DNA of 64,000 bases from Octopus vulgaris (lineage: Eukaryota). Made by a program: the position numbers and the translations under genes. The stretch is from positions 41,664,001 through 41,728,000 of the forward strand of contig OX597829.1 of NCBI GenBank assembly GCA_951406725.2. Direction: 5' to 3'. Shown here one piece after another: positions 24,791 to 39,378 of the stretch. The notes under the pieces are model-generated. The model saw only the letters and a program-made list of their open reading frames with translations. It was not told the DNA's origin and ran no database searches. Positions within the stretch are counted from its first letter, which is position 1; the number at the start of each line of letters is the position of its first letter.

Positions 24791-26450
24791 ATGATTGAAG
24801 CACCAGTTTAATAATGACAAATATTTTACTAAATTTTTTTCATTATTTTCAAAACTAATCGAAATAAAGGTAGTATATTCCAACAGAAATTATGGTAACA
24901 AAAGGATAGGTTATGTATCTAATTGAAAAATATTTCTTTCAAAATGGTCATTTGTTATGTTGCTTTGGATGTTTGGACTTTTAGTTTTAACTTTGATGTA
25001 TTTTAGATAATTGATAAGAGGTGAGAAAATTGTAATTGTTTAGACGTGAAGAGTCCATAATTGAACAGTTCTATGATCATGACATTTGAGCTTTGACCAC
25101 CCCCAAACTTAATTTCAACTGAAGTTCAATTCTTTTATTTTTTTACTTGTTTCAGTCATTTGATTGTAGCCATGCTGGAGCACCACCTTGAAGCGTTTTA
25201 GTCGAACAAATCGACCATAGGACTTATCTCTTAAGCCTAGTACTTATTCTTATTTCTTTATTGCCCACAAGGGGATAAACATAGAAGGGGACAAACAAGG
25301 ACAGACAAGGGGATTAAGTTGATTACATCGACCCAGTGCGTCACTGGTACTTAATTTATCGACCCCGAAAGGATGAAAGGCAAAGTTGACCTCAGCAGAA
25401 TTTGAACTCAGAACGTAAAGACAGACAAAAAAACTGCTAAGCATTTCGCCCAGCGTGCTAACGTTTCTGCTAGCTTGCCGCCTAGGACTTATTCTATTAC
25501 TCTCTTTTGTTGAACCACTAAGTTATAGGGCCCTAAACACACCAACATTGGTTGTCAAGCAGTAAAGGAAGGACAGACAGACAGACACACACACACACAC
25601 ACACACACATGATGGGCTTCTTTCAGTTTCAGTCTACCAAATCCAGTCACAAGATTTCGGTTGGCCTGCAGCTATAGAAGACACTTGCCCAAGGTGCTAC
25701 ACACTGGAACTGAACCTGGAACCATGTGGTTGGGAAGCAAGCTCCTTACCACACACCTATACCTGCACCTAACTATGTGTTCCCATGCCAACAATCAAAT
25801 CCGATTTGGTCATTTGAAGGGGGATTTGGTTGCTACTTTTAACAGGTTCAGTGACTATGCAGAAGCTTCCTTGTTGGATCATAGTTACTATAGTTGGTGA
25901 TAGTGGTGGCGAGACAATTTTCTTCAAGTGAGACAGCTAATCTGATTAGTATTCCTTCAGAAACATCACAGATTAACTATTTCGAATTAACTGACATAAA
26001 AAAGACACTTTATTGCTTAGATGGCTTCATTATACAAAGCAATCACAACACAAAGATTAATACTGAACATTCGAGAAATAGAATGAGTTGAGAAAATGAT
26101 TACAGGCTAGAAGCTCTTAGCTGATGGCTGCTAATGCTGAAAAGATAAGATGGTTATACTGACAGGTGATAAGGACGCAAAATACATAGTGAAACCATAA
26201 AAATCAGAGGTAATTAACCACTGAAGGTCTGTGTGGGCAAAAGTGTAAAAATATATGATGGATCATAAAGTTAACAATCTCGTGGGTTGGAATGGTCGAG
26301 GCATGTACAGCACCAGACCACTAAATGTTAAGGACAGAATAAATTCAAACCAATTTGTTAATGAGATCATTTTCATGCTGAGCTAACTGGCATGAGACTC
26401 AGGGGTAGACCAAAGAATGAGATGGTAGGATAATATCCATAATCTCAGTT

Positions 26451-26758
26451 GTGGAGGCACATGGCCTAGTGGTTAGAGCAGCGGACTCGTGGTCGAGGGA
26501 TCGCGGGCTCGAATCTCAGACCGGGCAATGTGTGCGTTTATGAGCGAAACACCTAAGCTCCACGTGGATCCGGCAGAAGGTAATGGTAAACTTCTGCTGA
26601 CTCTTTCGCCACAACTTTCTCTCACTCTTTCCTCCTGCATCTAGCAGCTCACCTGTGACGGACCGGCGTCCCGTCCAGGTGGGGAACCTATACACCAAGG
26701 AAACTGGGAAACCGGCCCTTATGAGCCAGGCGTGGCTCGAGAAGGAACAAACAAAAAA
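26451..26758 (+). mobile_element. SINE family D (tRNA-Arg-like head)
   Basis: Head GGAGGCACATGGCCTAGTGGTTAGAGCAGCGGACTCG.GGTC..GG.TCGAATC; TSD ATAATCTC(A/G)GTT at 26439-26450 and 26759-26770. Confidence 0.83.
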
Positions 26759-28090
26759 ATAATCTCGGTTACGTTATGCTTGGGAATCCAATCAGAAAGT
26801 CTAAATATGGTGGCTTCTGAGAGGACCCTATGGAGGAACCCTACCCTTACAACCCTCCTAGGAATCGGAGACGACGGAAAAGATGGATCATAGTTATCGT
26901 TTAGTATTTTCTGTTTCTACTCAATTTGTAAAGTTAGTCATTGGCAGGAAATATAAATTACCTTAAACAAAAATAAGGTAAATTTTGGGAAACACACCCA
27001 CACAAGTTTCACTGGGGGGGGGGGGAACTCGGTGGTCAAAGTAATTCATCCAACAAAAAAAAACCCAAAAAAACTTGGAGGTCAACGTAATTCATTCAAC
27101 AGAAAAAAAAAAAATTCCAATGATTCCGGAATGGGGGGGGGGGCAGGATTTGCAGCACATTAGGTACATGATTCCAGGCAAAAAAAGCCAAGTTTCTTTC
27201 TTTTTTTTTTCTTCTTCTTAGTGAAACTCATGTGGGTGTGTAACTTCCCCAAATTTACCAGCAAAAATAATTATAGTCAGCTTGCCTAACAAAGAAGAAA
27301 GTATAACTTTGACAACTGTAGATAAGAAAAGAAATGAACAGTGAGTGTGTGTGAGAGAGAGAGAAAGAGAGAGTATGTTTCTGTGCGTATGTGTGTGCGT
27401 GGGGGGTGGACGAGCGTGGAGATATGCTATTGGGTTCAGTGATTGTATTCAGTAAAGAAAAAATTGTTTAGCTGGTAGGTCAGTTTAATAATATAAATAA
27501 AGCATCTTCACGGTTGGCGACTTTGAATATTGACAATAACAAAGAAAAAAAAAAAAAAAAGAATGAAAAAAAAAAATTTGAAAAAAGGAAAACAGTATTT
27601 TTGGTTGGGTGAGAGTTATGGAGCCAACAAAAACTTGTCTGTGCGCTTATCGCTTCACAAATCAGAAATAACAGCTGAATAATATCTCCCTTGAATCTCA
27701 CACATACCAAAGGGGAATGAATATGTTGAATAACGTATCCTTAACATGGTGTCTGATGAAAAAAAAAAAGCGGGCGGGAGGGCAGCAAATATTCTGCTCA
27801 ATACCACAGATTTGTTTGTCAGTTGTTTGACCTTAACCAGTTGAGCATGTCCCTCAGTGGCTGACGATATATGTGCATCTCTGATCACGAGCAGAAGTAG
27901 TGGGGGAGCATCATAACCATGTGTTGAGAGGAATTCTTTGGGAGTTGAATAATTCTAATAATTATTATTATTATTCAAATTCTGCCAAGGTTGACTTTGC
28001 CTTTCATCCTTTCAGGGTCGATAAATTAAATACCAGTGAAACACTGGGGCCAATGTAAAAATGGTAGTCCTTGTGGCAAAATTTGAAACG

Positions 28091-28228
28091 ATTATTATTA
28101 TTATTATTACTATCACCATCATCATTATTATTATTATCATTATTATTATCATCGTCATCATCATTATTATTATCATTATTATTACTATTACTATCATTAT
28201 CATTATTATTATTACTATTATTATTATT
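28091..28228. repeat. Imperfect (ATT/ATC)n trinucleotide tract
   Basis: Read directly; source of spurious poly-I/poly-N ORFs. Confidence 0.95.
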
Positions 28229-29315
28229 CTGAATTCTAAGTTCTGAATTCAAATTCTGCAGAGGTCGACATTGCCTTTCTTCATTTCAGGGTTGGTAAAA
28301 TATCAGTTGGTACTTTGGATTGATGTAATCATCTTACCTTAACAACCCTCTCCTCACAAATTTCAGGTTCTGTGCTCATAGTAGAAAAGGGTAAGTAAAT
28401 ACCAGCAAAGAAAGAAAAAGAAAATAAAGTCGGTAGGAAAAAAAAAAAAATCCTTGAACCAACCACAGTCGCTGGAAAAGAGATCAGCAGATACTCAAAC
28501 TGAAGGAATTTTTGTTATGCAATTTATGAATGAGGGGTACGGAAGGGATGACAGAGACGGAGGGGTTGGGACATGTGATGAAGGGTATTAAAAAAAAAAA
28601 CTTGTGACGATAGAAGTGTCAGAGACCCAACTGCTATCAGTAATTAGTATAAAAGAATGGACATTTACAATTGGGGTGAGAAATAAAATGTATCCTTTTT
28701 TTGGTATATTCTAATGAATTAAGGGAATTTAATTACTACTACTACAACTTGTCTATGTGATATCTGTCTTTCTCTTATGTATGTGTATGGGACAATTTTT
28801 ATTTTTACTGCTACTAAAATTGAGTAAATCAACTCAATTTTTCTTTTTTTTAATTTGTCATTATAAATGCCCCATGGAAATTTGTGGAAAGAAACGACCT
28901 CCAATTTCCAATTTTTGTCAACGTGCCTAACATTTTATGGTAAAAAAAACAAACAAACAAACAAGCGAACGTGCGTGTATGTGTGTGTGTGTGACTGCAG
29001 CCATGCTGGAGCACAGCCTTGAGTTTTTAGTCGAATGAATCAATCCTAATATTTTTTTAAGCCTGGATTTTGTTGGTCGCCCATGCCGACCCGCTAGCTT
29101 TACGGGAAACGTAAACACACAAACACGCGTTGTCAAGCGGTGGCGAAGGACAGAGACACAAAGACGTACGTAAGTACATACGTATGTATATATATGTACA
29201 ACGGGCTTCTTTCAGTTCCCGTCCACCAAATCCACTCACAAGACTTTGGTCTGCCTGAGGGTACAGTAGGAGACACTTGCCCGAAGTGCTGCACAATGGG
29301 ACTGAAACAGGAACC

Positions 29316-29356
<41 letters not shown>

Positions 29357-30382
29357 TATTCTGCGTTAAATGAGGAAACAGTAATGAGAGAAAATTTTGT
29401 AAATAATAACCCTTTCTAATTTCTAATGAGGGCACAAGGCCTGAAATTTGGTGAGGAGGGTCCAACCGATTTCATGGGTACTTAATTTACTGACCCCCCC
29501 CCCCCCAAAAAAAAATGACAGACTAAGTCAACCTCGGCGGAATTTGAACCCAGAACGTGATATAGACGGACGAAATGCAGCTCAGCATCATGTCCGGCGT
29601 GCTAACGATTCTGCCAATAATTATAAGCTTGAAGCTTATAAACGTTCTCTCTCTGTCTGTCTGTCTGTCTGTGTGTGCGCGCGCGCGCTACAAATTCTGG
29701 AGATGCAAGTTGTTGGGTCATATAAACAGAAGTCTAAGCATGACGTGTTTAGAATGTGGGGGAAAATAAAAAATATATAAATAAAATCTATGAAAATTGA
29801 AAGAGTGTAGAAATGGTGGATGTATAAACTTATTTAATAAGTGCGCGATTTGATACGGTCTCAGCAAAATAAAAACATATTAAGTTGTGTGGGCGTAACT
29901 GCAGTTCAATACACCACCACCGCCACCAACTCTATTTCCGCGTAACAATGATTTACTTTTAAAATGAAATTTTGCAGTTTTAGAAAGTGTCGAAAAGTTT
30001 AAGAAACTTTCATCGATGATTATGTTAAAGAAAGTTTCGTCCTTCTAGGACCGATGTAATAAATTGACTGTTCTTTCTACTTAGAATTAAATTGTTATTT
30101 ATACGGAGTGCATTAGCAAAGAGGCTAAAATATCTAACTATATACAGCTTTGTAGTCTTGTGTCCCGTAGCAATCGATCTTGCCTTTCGTTTTACTTTGT
30201 TTTTTTTTTTGTTTTTTTGCGAACGATATTGAATCAGTATGGGCGTGGCAAGAAGTTTGTTACCCATTTACATGATTCCCTGAGCAACTGTCTTCTTTTA
30301 TAGTCTTAGGACGACCAAAGCCTTGTCAGTGGGTTTAGTAAACAGAAAATAAAAGAAGCCCCATCAAATATATATATATACA

Positions 30383-30760
30383 GGAGTGGCTGTTTGGTAA
30401 GTAGCTTGTTTACCAACCACATGGTTCCGGGTTCAGTCCCACTGCGTGGCATCTTGGGCAAGTGTCTTCTGCTATAGCACCGGGCCGAACAATGCCTTGT
30501 AAGTGGATTTGGTAGACGGAAACTGAAAGAAGCTTGTCGTATATATGTATATAATATGTGTGTGTGTGTTTGCCCCCCAAGCATTACTTGACAACCGATG
30601 CTGGTGTGTTTACGTCCCCGTCACTTAGCGGTTTGGCAAAAGAGACTGATAGAGTAAGTACTGGGCTTACAAAGAATAAATCCCGGGATCGATTTGCTCG
30701 ACTAGGGGCGGTGCTCCAGCATGGCCGCAGTCAAATGACTGACACAAGTAAAAAAAATAA
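30383..30760 (+). mobile_element. SINE family A copy
   Basis: Full head-to-tail match; an oppositely oriented partial copy follows at 30830-31073. Confidence 0.83.
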
Positions 30761-31613
30761 AATAAAATAAAAAATATATATATATATAACTGATAAGTTC
30801 GGCCATATCTAACTCAATACCACCATGGCTAAGTTACAGGGACGTAAACTCACCAACATCGGCTGTCAAGCGATGTTGGGGGGACAAACATATATATATA
30901 TACATATATACGACGGGCTTCTTTCAGTTTCCGTCTACCAAATCCACTCACAAGGCTTCGGTCAGCCTGAGGCTATAGTAGAAGACACTTGCCCAAGGTG
31001 CAACGCAGTGGGACTGAACCCGGAACCATGTGGTTGGTAAGCAAGCTACTTACCACACAGCCACTCCTGCGCCTATATATATATATATTATATTTTGTGA
31101 AATTTGATTTAGTATTTCTAAATTGAATTTTTCCCTGTAAGTTAGGAATAATATTCTCTCAAATTATTATTATATAAACTTAGAACCTAAAAACATGTGA
31201 AATGCTGCTAAGCACTTTGACATGCTAATGATTCTGCTAGTTCGCTGCATCATGGCCACCACAAACAGTTGCTTTTAACTAAATGAATGCAGTAATGTTT
31301 CTTTTTTTTTTTTTCCTTCAGTGCTAGCAAGAAATTTCAGGTATTAACAGGCCCCAACAAACCTTACATAATGAAATGAGTAATTAAAGCTCTACCTTTG
31401 GCATTGAATACTTATTTTATTGCATTGACAATTTCACCTGGTTTTGCCCTGTATATCACAACTAGTAACGCTATTGAGTACAGTAGTTGCTTAACCACTA
31501 TACTGAAGGAAGACTAATCAATGATTAATCAATGTGGAGATCTAAACTTAACAGTAGCTGTTGTAGATCTATTTGTACATGCAATATACAACATATATAT
31601 ATATATATGAAGG

Positions 31614-32185
31614 TGGAGGCACATGGCCTAGTGGTTAGAGCAGCGGACTTGCGGTTGAGGGATCACGGGTTCGAATCTCAGACCGGGCAATGTGTGTGTT
31701 TATGAGTGAAACGCCTAAGCTCCACGCGGCTCCGGCAGAAGGTAATGGCGAACTTCTGCTGAATCTTTCGCCACAACTTTCTCTCACTCTTTCCTCCTGC
31801 GTCCCGTCCAGGTGAGGTACCTATACACCAAGGAAACCAGGAAACCGGCCCTATGAACCAGGCATGGTTCAAGAAGGAACAATATACAACATATATACAT
31901 ATGAAGATGGAGGCACATGGCCTAGTGGTTAGAGCAGCAGAGTTGCGGTTGAGGGATCACGGGTTCGAATCTCAGACTGGGTGATGTATGTGTTTATGAG
32001 CGAAACGCCTAAGCTCCACGTGGCTCAGGCAGAAAGTAATGGAGAACTTCTGCTGACTCTTTCGCCACAACTATCTCTGCATCTTGCAGCTCACCTGTGA
32101 TGGATCAGCATCCCGTCCAGGTGGGGAACCTATATGCCAAGGAAACTGGCCCTATGAGCCAGGCATGGCTAGAGAAGGAACAAAC
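31614..32185 (+). mobile_element. Two tandem family D SINEs with different internal deletions
   Basis: 31614-31882 and 31907-32185, each preceded by CAATATACAACATA..TATGAAG. Confidence 0.8.
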
Positions 32186-32190
32186 ATATA

Positions 32191-32654
32191 TATGAAGTCT
32201 GATCAAAAGGTATTGGGACCACAGCTATGTAATGGAGCTAAAGAACACAGAGTGAAGCCACTTGATAAAGACTGACCTTAAACTCTATTGTGGATGCACA
32301 CTAAGTTATAACATTCTTGCTCAACTCTGTTAACAACAATGCTTAAAAGAAAAGTGTGTAGTGCATTGTTATCTCACCAAACCACAGAAGACCCATCAAT
32401 GACCATGGCAAACAACACTGAGCAGAGAATCTGCAACAAAAGTTTTCCAAAAGCTTGCCTTTTCCTCTTTCCCTCTTTCCAAAAATCAAATCCTACTTGA
32501 ACAGAACAAGATTTCAAGACATCAAAGAAATCCAAGACAATGTGATGAGCCAGCTGCAAGTAACCCCAAAAAGTGGAGCTCGAGGAATGTTTCCATTTTA
32601 TGGAAATATCTCTGGATAAAGTGTGTGGCTTTGAGAAGGTGACTATTTTTGAAG
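32191..32654 (+). mobile_element. Internally deleted mariner transposon remnant
   Basis: N-terminal EQRIC.. joined to degenerate C-terminal LFP.IKSYL...RFQDIKEIQDNV..QL..KCV..GDYF; the 3' end abuts a family C repeat. Confidence 0.6.
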
Positions 32655-33119
32655 CCGGTGACACGTAAAAGCACCAACCGATCGTGGCCGTTTGCCAGCC
32701 TCCTCTGGCCCCTGTGCCGGTGGCATGTAAAAAAACACCCACTACACTCACGGAGTGGTTGGCGTTAGGAAGGGCATCCAGCTGTAGAAACACTGCCAGA
32801 TCAGACTGGAGCCTGGTGCAGCCTCCATGGCTTACCAGACCCCAGTCGAACCTATTTCTTTACTGCCCACAAGGGGCTACACACAGAGGGGACAAACAAG
32901 GACAGACAAACGGATTAAGTCGATTGTATTAACCCCAGTGTGTAACTGGTACTTATTTAATCGACCCCGAAAGGATGAAAGGCAAAGTCGACCTCGGCGG
33001 AATTTGAACTCAGAACATAGTGCCAGAAGAAATACCGCTAAGCGTTTCGCCCGGCGTGCTAACGATTCTGCCAGCTCGCCGCCAGTCGAACCGTCCAACC
33101 CATGCTGCTGATGATGATG
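32655..33119 (+). mobile_element. Family C repeat interrupted by a family B SINE (32851-33083)
   Basis: The B insertion is flanked by TSD CCAGTCGAACC. Confidence 0.8.
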
Positions 33120-33638
33120 ATTAAATGTTGAATTTATGTAGTTTTCTTTTTACAGCACCAGTCCCAGTACTTTTTGGTCGGCCTCAAATACCACAAGGAA
33201 CAATTGTAAAGTTTACAAAGAATGAATAAAGCAAGTCGTTTCAATAGGCATCGTTGTGTTATAACTTGTTTACACTACAGCCCTAGCATGTAACATAGTT
33301 GTATATTGTATAAACTTTATACACTAAGATTAAACAGAAACACATGCACAACGTATTTGTATGCTTAAAAGGAATGAAACACCATTGATTTTTCTTGTTG
33401 CCAAAAACATATGTTACCTTAATAAAGATCTTACATCTAAGTTAGGAATCTTTAATGATCATGGCATTGATAAAATTGGTGTAGATTATTAGGTCAAGAA
33501 ACTTTAGAAGATAATTCTGAGAAAGGTGTGTGATTAAAAAGAATCAATGGTGACTGTTGAAAGGAAATTGTATGAAACAGTTGGGTCATGTGCAGAATAA
33601 TAGGAGTGATAGAAAAGAATGTGGAAGAAAAGAATGTA

Positions 33639-34038
33639 AAGGCAGCGAGCTGGCAGAAACGTTAGCACGCCAGGCGAAATACTTAGCAGTATTCTGAGTT
33701 CAAATTCCGCCGAGGTCGACTTTGCCTTTTATCCTTTCAGGGTCGATAAATTAAATACCAGTTACATAGAGAGGTCGTTGCAATTGATTTAATCCCTTTG
33801 TCTGTCCTTGTTTGTCCCCTCTATGTTTAGCCCCTTGTGGGCAATAAAGAAATAAGAAATGTTAGCACGCCGGGTGAAATGCTTAGCGGTATTTCGTCTA
33901 CCGTTACATTCTGAGTTCAAATTCCGCCAAGGTTGACTTTGCCTTTCATTCTTTCGATGGTCGATAAATTAAGTACCAGTTACATAGAGGTGTCGTTGTA
34001 ATCGATTTAATCCGTTTGTCTGTCCTTCTTTAGCCCCT
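33639..34038 (+). mobile_element. Family B SINE dimer
   Basis: Two head-to-tail B units. Confidence 0.8.
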
Positions 34039-34389
34039 TGTGGGCAATAAAGAAATACGAAGAGAATGTGGAAGAAAATAGACAAAGAGGAAAGAGAAGA
34101 AAGACAACCAAAATTGATTGAGAAGGAAATGGAGACAAGTAGGTTGGTGGCAACAAAGCAAAAGCGAAAAGTGCTCCCTACTTTAGTAAGAAAAATGGCC
34201 TTTAGCATTCAGATTAACCCTTTAACATTCAGATTATTCGGTCAAATGTAATACTCATTTGTTCACATCGTTTATAATTAATTTTGCATTATCCTGTAGC
34301 TTTGAGGGTTGGACGATCTGAATGTTATTTTTAGAATAACATTATAGGATGTGTGTGACAGGCTGGATCTGATCAAATTTTTCAACCTT

Positions 34390-34848
34390 TCCGTGCCAGT
34401 GGCACTTAAAAGGCACCATTCGAACGTGATCGTTACCAGCGTCGCACTACTGGCACTCAAGCCCCGCACTAGTAGGGCATTAAGAGCACCATCTGAGCAG
34501 CGTGATCGTTGCCAGAGCTGCTATCTGGCCTCCGTGCCGGTGGCATGTAAAAAACACCATTTGAGCGGGATCGTTACCAGCATTGCCTTACTGGCACCTT
34601 CACCGGTGGCATGTGTAAAAGATTTGAGCGAGGTCGTTGCCAGTGCCGACTGACTGGCCCCGTGCGAGTGGCACGTAAAGGCACCCACTACACACTCGGA
34701 GTGGTTGGCATTAGGAAGGGCATCCAGCTGTAGAAACTCTACTAGATCAAGATTGAAGCCTGGTGCAGCCATCTGGTTCGCCAGCCTTCAGTCATACGTC
34801 CAACCCATGCTAGCATGGAAAGCGGATGTTAAATGATGATGATGATGA
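34390..34848 (+). mobile_element. Family C repeat
   Basis: Multiple internal units, body and (ATG)n tail. Confidence 0.8.
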
Positions 34849-37800
34849 TCACCAGTTCAAATGCTAAAGAGTTAAAATACCGTACTATATTTAAAATTTT
34901 TTTAATAGTGATGAACTCCTGATAAATACCATGGATGTGTCCCTCTCTAATTAGTATTGGTGAGGTCAGTGCAATCATTATTACCATGAACTTGTGAGAA
35001 AACATGGCCACACAAGAAAGGGGTCTAATGAAAAAAAAAAAAGTCACAAAAATAAAGATTTGTTCATGTGAAAAACTGTTCAATGTTCACACATACACAA
35101 AATTGCTTCAGGGTTCAGGGTGATTGAAAAAACACTTCCATCTTTAAAAAAAAGGGACATGGAATATTTATCTAGACTCAAAACTTTATAACTAGAACCC
35201 TTCATATAAATAAATAAATGACATATAGATACATACTCTCAGTTTTGTACATTATTATCACACCTGTGTATAGTTACTGGTGATGACAGTTTCCGTGTGT
35301 GTGTGTGTGTGTGTGTGTGCCTGGTGCCACACATATCTGAAATCCATGCAAGCATTTCAAAATAAACACTAAATAACCATGATGTTGGTGTTGATGGAAA
35401 CGAGAAGGATGAGAGTGGCATCAAAGAAGATGGCAGGGAACGATGATGATGATGATGATGATAATGTTGCTGTCTAGCCTTCAGGTCAGCTGTGATTCAG
35501 CAAACCAAGGACCAAAGACATTCCGGCCTTAATCTAACGATATTTCCCATTTGAAATGGGATATCCAGAACTACATTATCCAAAAATATCCTGCGCTTTG
35601 CTAAGAAGGCAGTGTGCAATTAGAAGGAGTTTTAACTGCTATTTCTAGTGACTATATTATGAATGGGATAATGAGTGTATGAGCATCTTTTATCTTTTAT
35701 TTGTTTCAGTCATATGACAGCAGCCATGCTGGAGCACCACCTTGAAGGGTTTTAGTCAAACAAATCAACTTTTTTAAAGCTTGGTACATGGACGGAAACT
35801 GAAAGAAGCCCGTTATGTATTTGTATGTGCGTGTGTGTGTCCAACATCACTTGACAACCAATGCTGTTTGCATCCCCGTAACTTAGCGGTTAAGCAAAAA
35901 AGACCGATAGAATAAGTACTAGGCTTACAAAGAATAAGTCTTGGGGGGCGATTTGCTCGACTAAATGCGGTGCTCCAGCATGGCCACAGTCAAATGACTG
36001 AAACAAGTAAAAAAGTAAAGAGAGTAAGAGTAAACATAAAACAAACACACACACATGATGGGCTTCTTTTGGTTTCCATCTACCAAATCCACTCAAATAG
36101 CTTTGGTCGGCCCGGGGCTATAGTAGAAAACACTTACTCAAAGTGCCACACAGTGGGACCGAACATGGAACCTATTTCTTTACTACCCACAAGGGACTAA
36201 ACACAGAGGGGACAAACAAGGACAGACACACAGATTAAGTCGATTACATCGACCTCAGTGTGTAACTGGTACTTTATTTATCGACCCCGAAAGGATGAGA
36301 CACCGTTAAGTCGATTACATCGACCCCAGTGCATAACTGGTACTTATTTAATCGACCCCGAAAGGATGAAAGGCAAAGTCGACCTCGGTGGAATTTGAAC
36401 TCAGAACGTACCGGCAGACGAAATACTGCTAAGCATTTCGCCCGGCGTGCTAACAATTCTGCCAGCTCGCCGCCTTCAACATGGAACTGTGTGACTGAAG
36501 AGCATGCATCTTACCACACAGCCATGCCTATGTCTGGAGTATGATGAAACATGTTAAATTTGTATTTCACCTCCTCAAAAAAAAAAATGTAGAGGTTTGT
36601 GTTACATGAGAGCATGTCTTATACACGGGAAAATACAGTATACTAAATGTATAATTAAACAAGAAAAATTTATTGTGTTACTCAAACAATTATGTAGTCT
36701 TACGTAGGAGAAAAAAATATTGCAATAGAGATTTTCAAAACATTTTTATGATAACAAAAGTATGCAAATTTAAATAATCTGTTAATTAGTCATTATCAAA
36801 CATCCAGATGTCACATATAGACGCATAGACACTCCCACACAAACATACATTCACATGCACCTACACACGCATTCCAAAATAGACCTAATTAAATTTGTGC
36901 ATAAAACTTCATGCCATTGATGAAAATAGTTTAAGCATTGGGTATCTTTACACATACAAATTACTTTTTATGCCACACACATTTAATATATAACATGTAT
37001 ATTATACACATATGCATCCAATCGTACATATATATACCTATATACAAATGTACATAAATACATACATTCACACACACACACACACACATAGAAACACACA
37101 TACAAATATCCTTATTTTAAGATATGCCCCGAATTCTGTTTAATCCATTTTGTCTCCATAATTTTATATAAATTTTTATTTTATGCTTAACCTTAAATTT
37201 ATCCAGTTCTTTGCTAGAAACATCTTTGAGAATGCATTCACACACAAGGATAAACATAGGTTTCTTATTTTAAAATTCCTATGTGCATTTCACAATTTGG
37301 AACTCCACATTGGAAGTTCCTAGAGTATACAGATTCTCAACCACAACAGATCCTCTGGGAACACATTATCATATCTGATTACAGGTATTATTAACAACTA
37401 CACATAAAGCAGACTGGATAACTAATATCTACATGGAGCTCTAAATATAACAGTAACAGTCATACATCTTCTTTCACATATATCATCTACTACACACACA
37501 TAGAAAGTAGATTTGAACCTGAAAGAATGTCATTCACTGTGTTCTGCCATGGGAGGAAATTTCTTACTTTAGGCAAATATTTGTAAATACACCAAGTCAG
37601 TTCAAAGTACGTTCTAACCAGAATGATAGAAACATGCATTTTGGAGTAGTTATTTCCTCTTCAGCATCAGATATAGGAAAGTGAGATACTGCAAACTGGC
37701 AAGAGGGGCTAGATATCTGTTATTATATTCCCTATTTCTTTACTGCCCACAAGGGGCTAAGCATAGAAGAGACAAACAAGGACAGACAAAGGGATTAAGT

Positions 37801-38413
37801 CAATTACATCGATCCCCAGTGCGTAACTGGTACTTATTTAATCGACCCTGTAAGGATGAAAGGCAAAGTCAACCTTGGCGGAATTTGAACTCAGAACATA
37901 AAGACAGACGAAATACCGCTAAGTATTTCGCCCGGCGTGCTAACATTTCTGCCAGCTCGCCGTCTTATTATATCTGTTATTATATTCCTGTCATTGTATT
38001 GTGTCTGGTTGCGCTAATCGTTAGCTCACCATAAATAAAATATGGAGAAGAGCACTATGCAGTGATAGATATAAATACAAACTTGTTACAGGTTCAAATA
38101 TGCTTGAAGCATATTCAAACCTGTAAGAAAGCCATTCAATGTGTTTCGTCATGGAGAAAATTTCTCACTATAGACAAACAGGTGTAAAAACACCAAATCA
38201 GTTTGGTCATCATTTAATGTCTACTTGTACATGCTTGCATGGGTCAGGCGCAGTTTGTTGAGGCAACTTCTATGGCCAGAGCCCTTACCTGTCACCAACC
38301 CTCACCTGTTTCCATGGAAAGCATCATTTCCCAAAAATTGAATTGGGTATCCTGAATTTTTCATGACAGACTAGAAATGAAAAACCGCTTTTATGAATGA
38401 TTGTTTACAATCG

Positions 38414-38718
38414 TGGAGGCACAATGGCCCAGTGGTTAGGGCAGCGGACTCGCGGTCGTAGCTTCGCGGTTTTGATTCTCAGACCAGGTGTTGTGAATGT
38501 TTATTGAGCGAAAACACCTAAAGCTCCATGAGGCTCCGGCAGGGGGTGATGGCGGTCCCTGCTGTACTCTTTTGCCTCAACTTTCTCTCATTCTTTCTTC
38601 TGTTGGCCTGCTCGCTTAGCCAGCGGGGTGGCGTCATTTGAAGGCTAAAACAATGCAAAGCGCATTGTGACCAGCGATGTGTAGCAACATCTGATAGATT
38701 GGTCGGTCACGGTGATCA
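38414..38718 (+). mobile_element. Family D-type head with alternative tail (D2)
   Basis: tRNA-like head, then tail GCTTAGCCAGCGGGGTGGCGTC...GGTCACGGTGATC; reverse copy at 62940-63300. Confidence 0.78.
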
Positions 38719-38934
38719 GGGTGAATTGTTTACAATCATCACATGATGTTAAGACAATGCTACACATAACACACCACAAACTGCAATATGAAATAAACCA
38801 AGTGACATGGTACCTCTTCCTAAGACCACTCCAAGTACCCAATTCTTCCTGTTCTCTACCCATCCAAACCCCAAATTTCTAAATTGAACAATATATCCTA
38901 TTCAACTACACCAAAACCAGAACTCCTTCCCCAT

Positions 38935-39378
38935 TGCTCTGATCGTCATTCGAGTGTGATCATTACCAGCGTCACCTTACTGGCACTTGTTCCCGTGCTA
39001 GTAGTGTGCCAAGAGCACCTTCCGAGCATGATTGTCGCCAGAGCAGCCAACTGGCTTCCGTGCCGGTGGCACGTAAAAGGGCACCATTTGAGCATGATCG
39101 TTACCAACATCGCCTTACTGGCACCTGTGCTGGTGGCATGTGTAAAAAGTTTCGAGCGAGGTCATTGCCAGTACCGCTTCACTGGCCCCTGTGCCGGTGG
39201 CACGTAAAAAGCACCCGCTACACTCTCAGAGTGGTTGGCATTAGGAAGGGCATCCAGCAGTAGAAACTCTGCCAAATCACGATTGGAGCCTGGTGCAGCC
39301 ATCTAGTTCGCCAGCCTTCAGTCAAAATCGTCCAACACATGCTAGCATGGAAAGCGGACGTTAAACGATGATGATGAT
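38935..39378 (+). mobile_element. Family C repeat
   Basis: Unit array similar to 34390-34848. Confidence 0.8.

Noticed and set aside
25880-25915. Plus-strand IVTIVGDSG resembling the missing exon 1 (LLIIGDSG)
   Set aside because: Wrong strand, no matching upstream residues or start codon, and the frame stops shortly after.
26451-26525. tRNA gene call for the D-family heads (also 31614, 38414, 48950)
   Set aside because: No proper acceptor stem, and each continues into a SINE body, with a clear TSD at 26451 and 48950; these are SINE heads.
28004-28252. Poly-N/poly-I ORFs here and similar YI/poly-L ORFs elsewhere
   Set aside because: These are translations of microsatellites.
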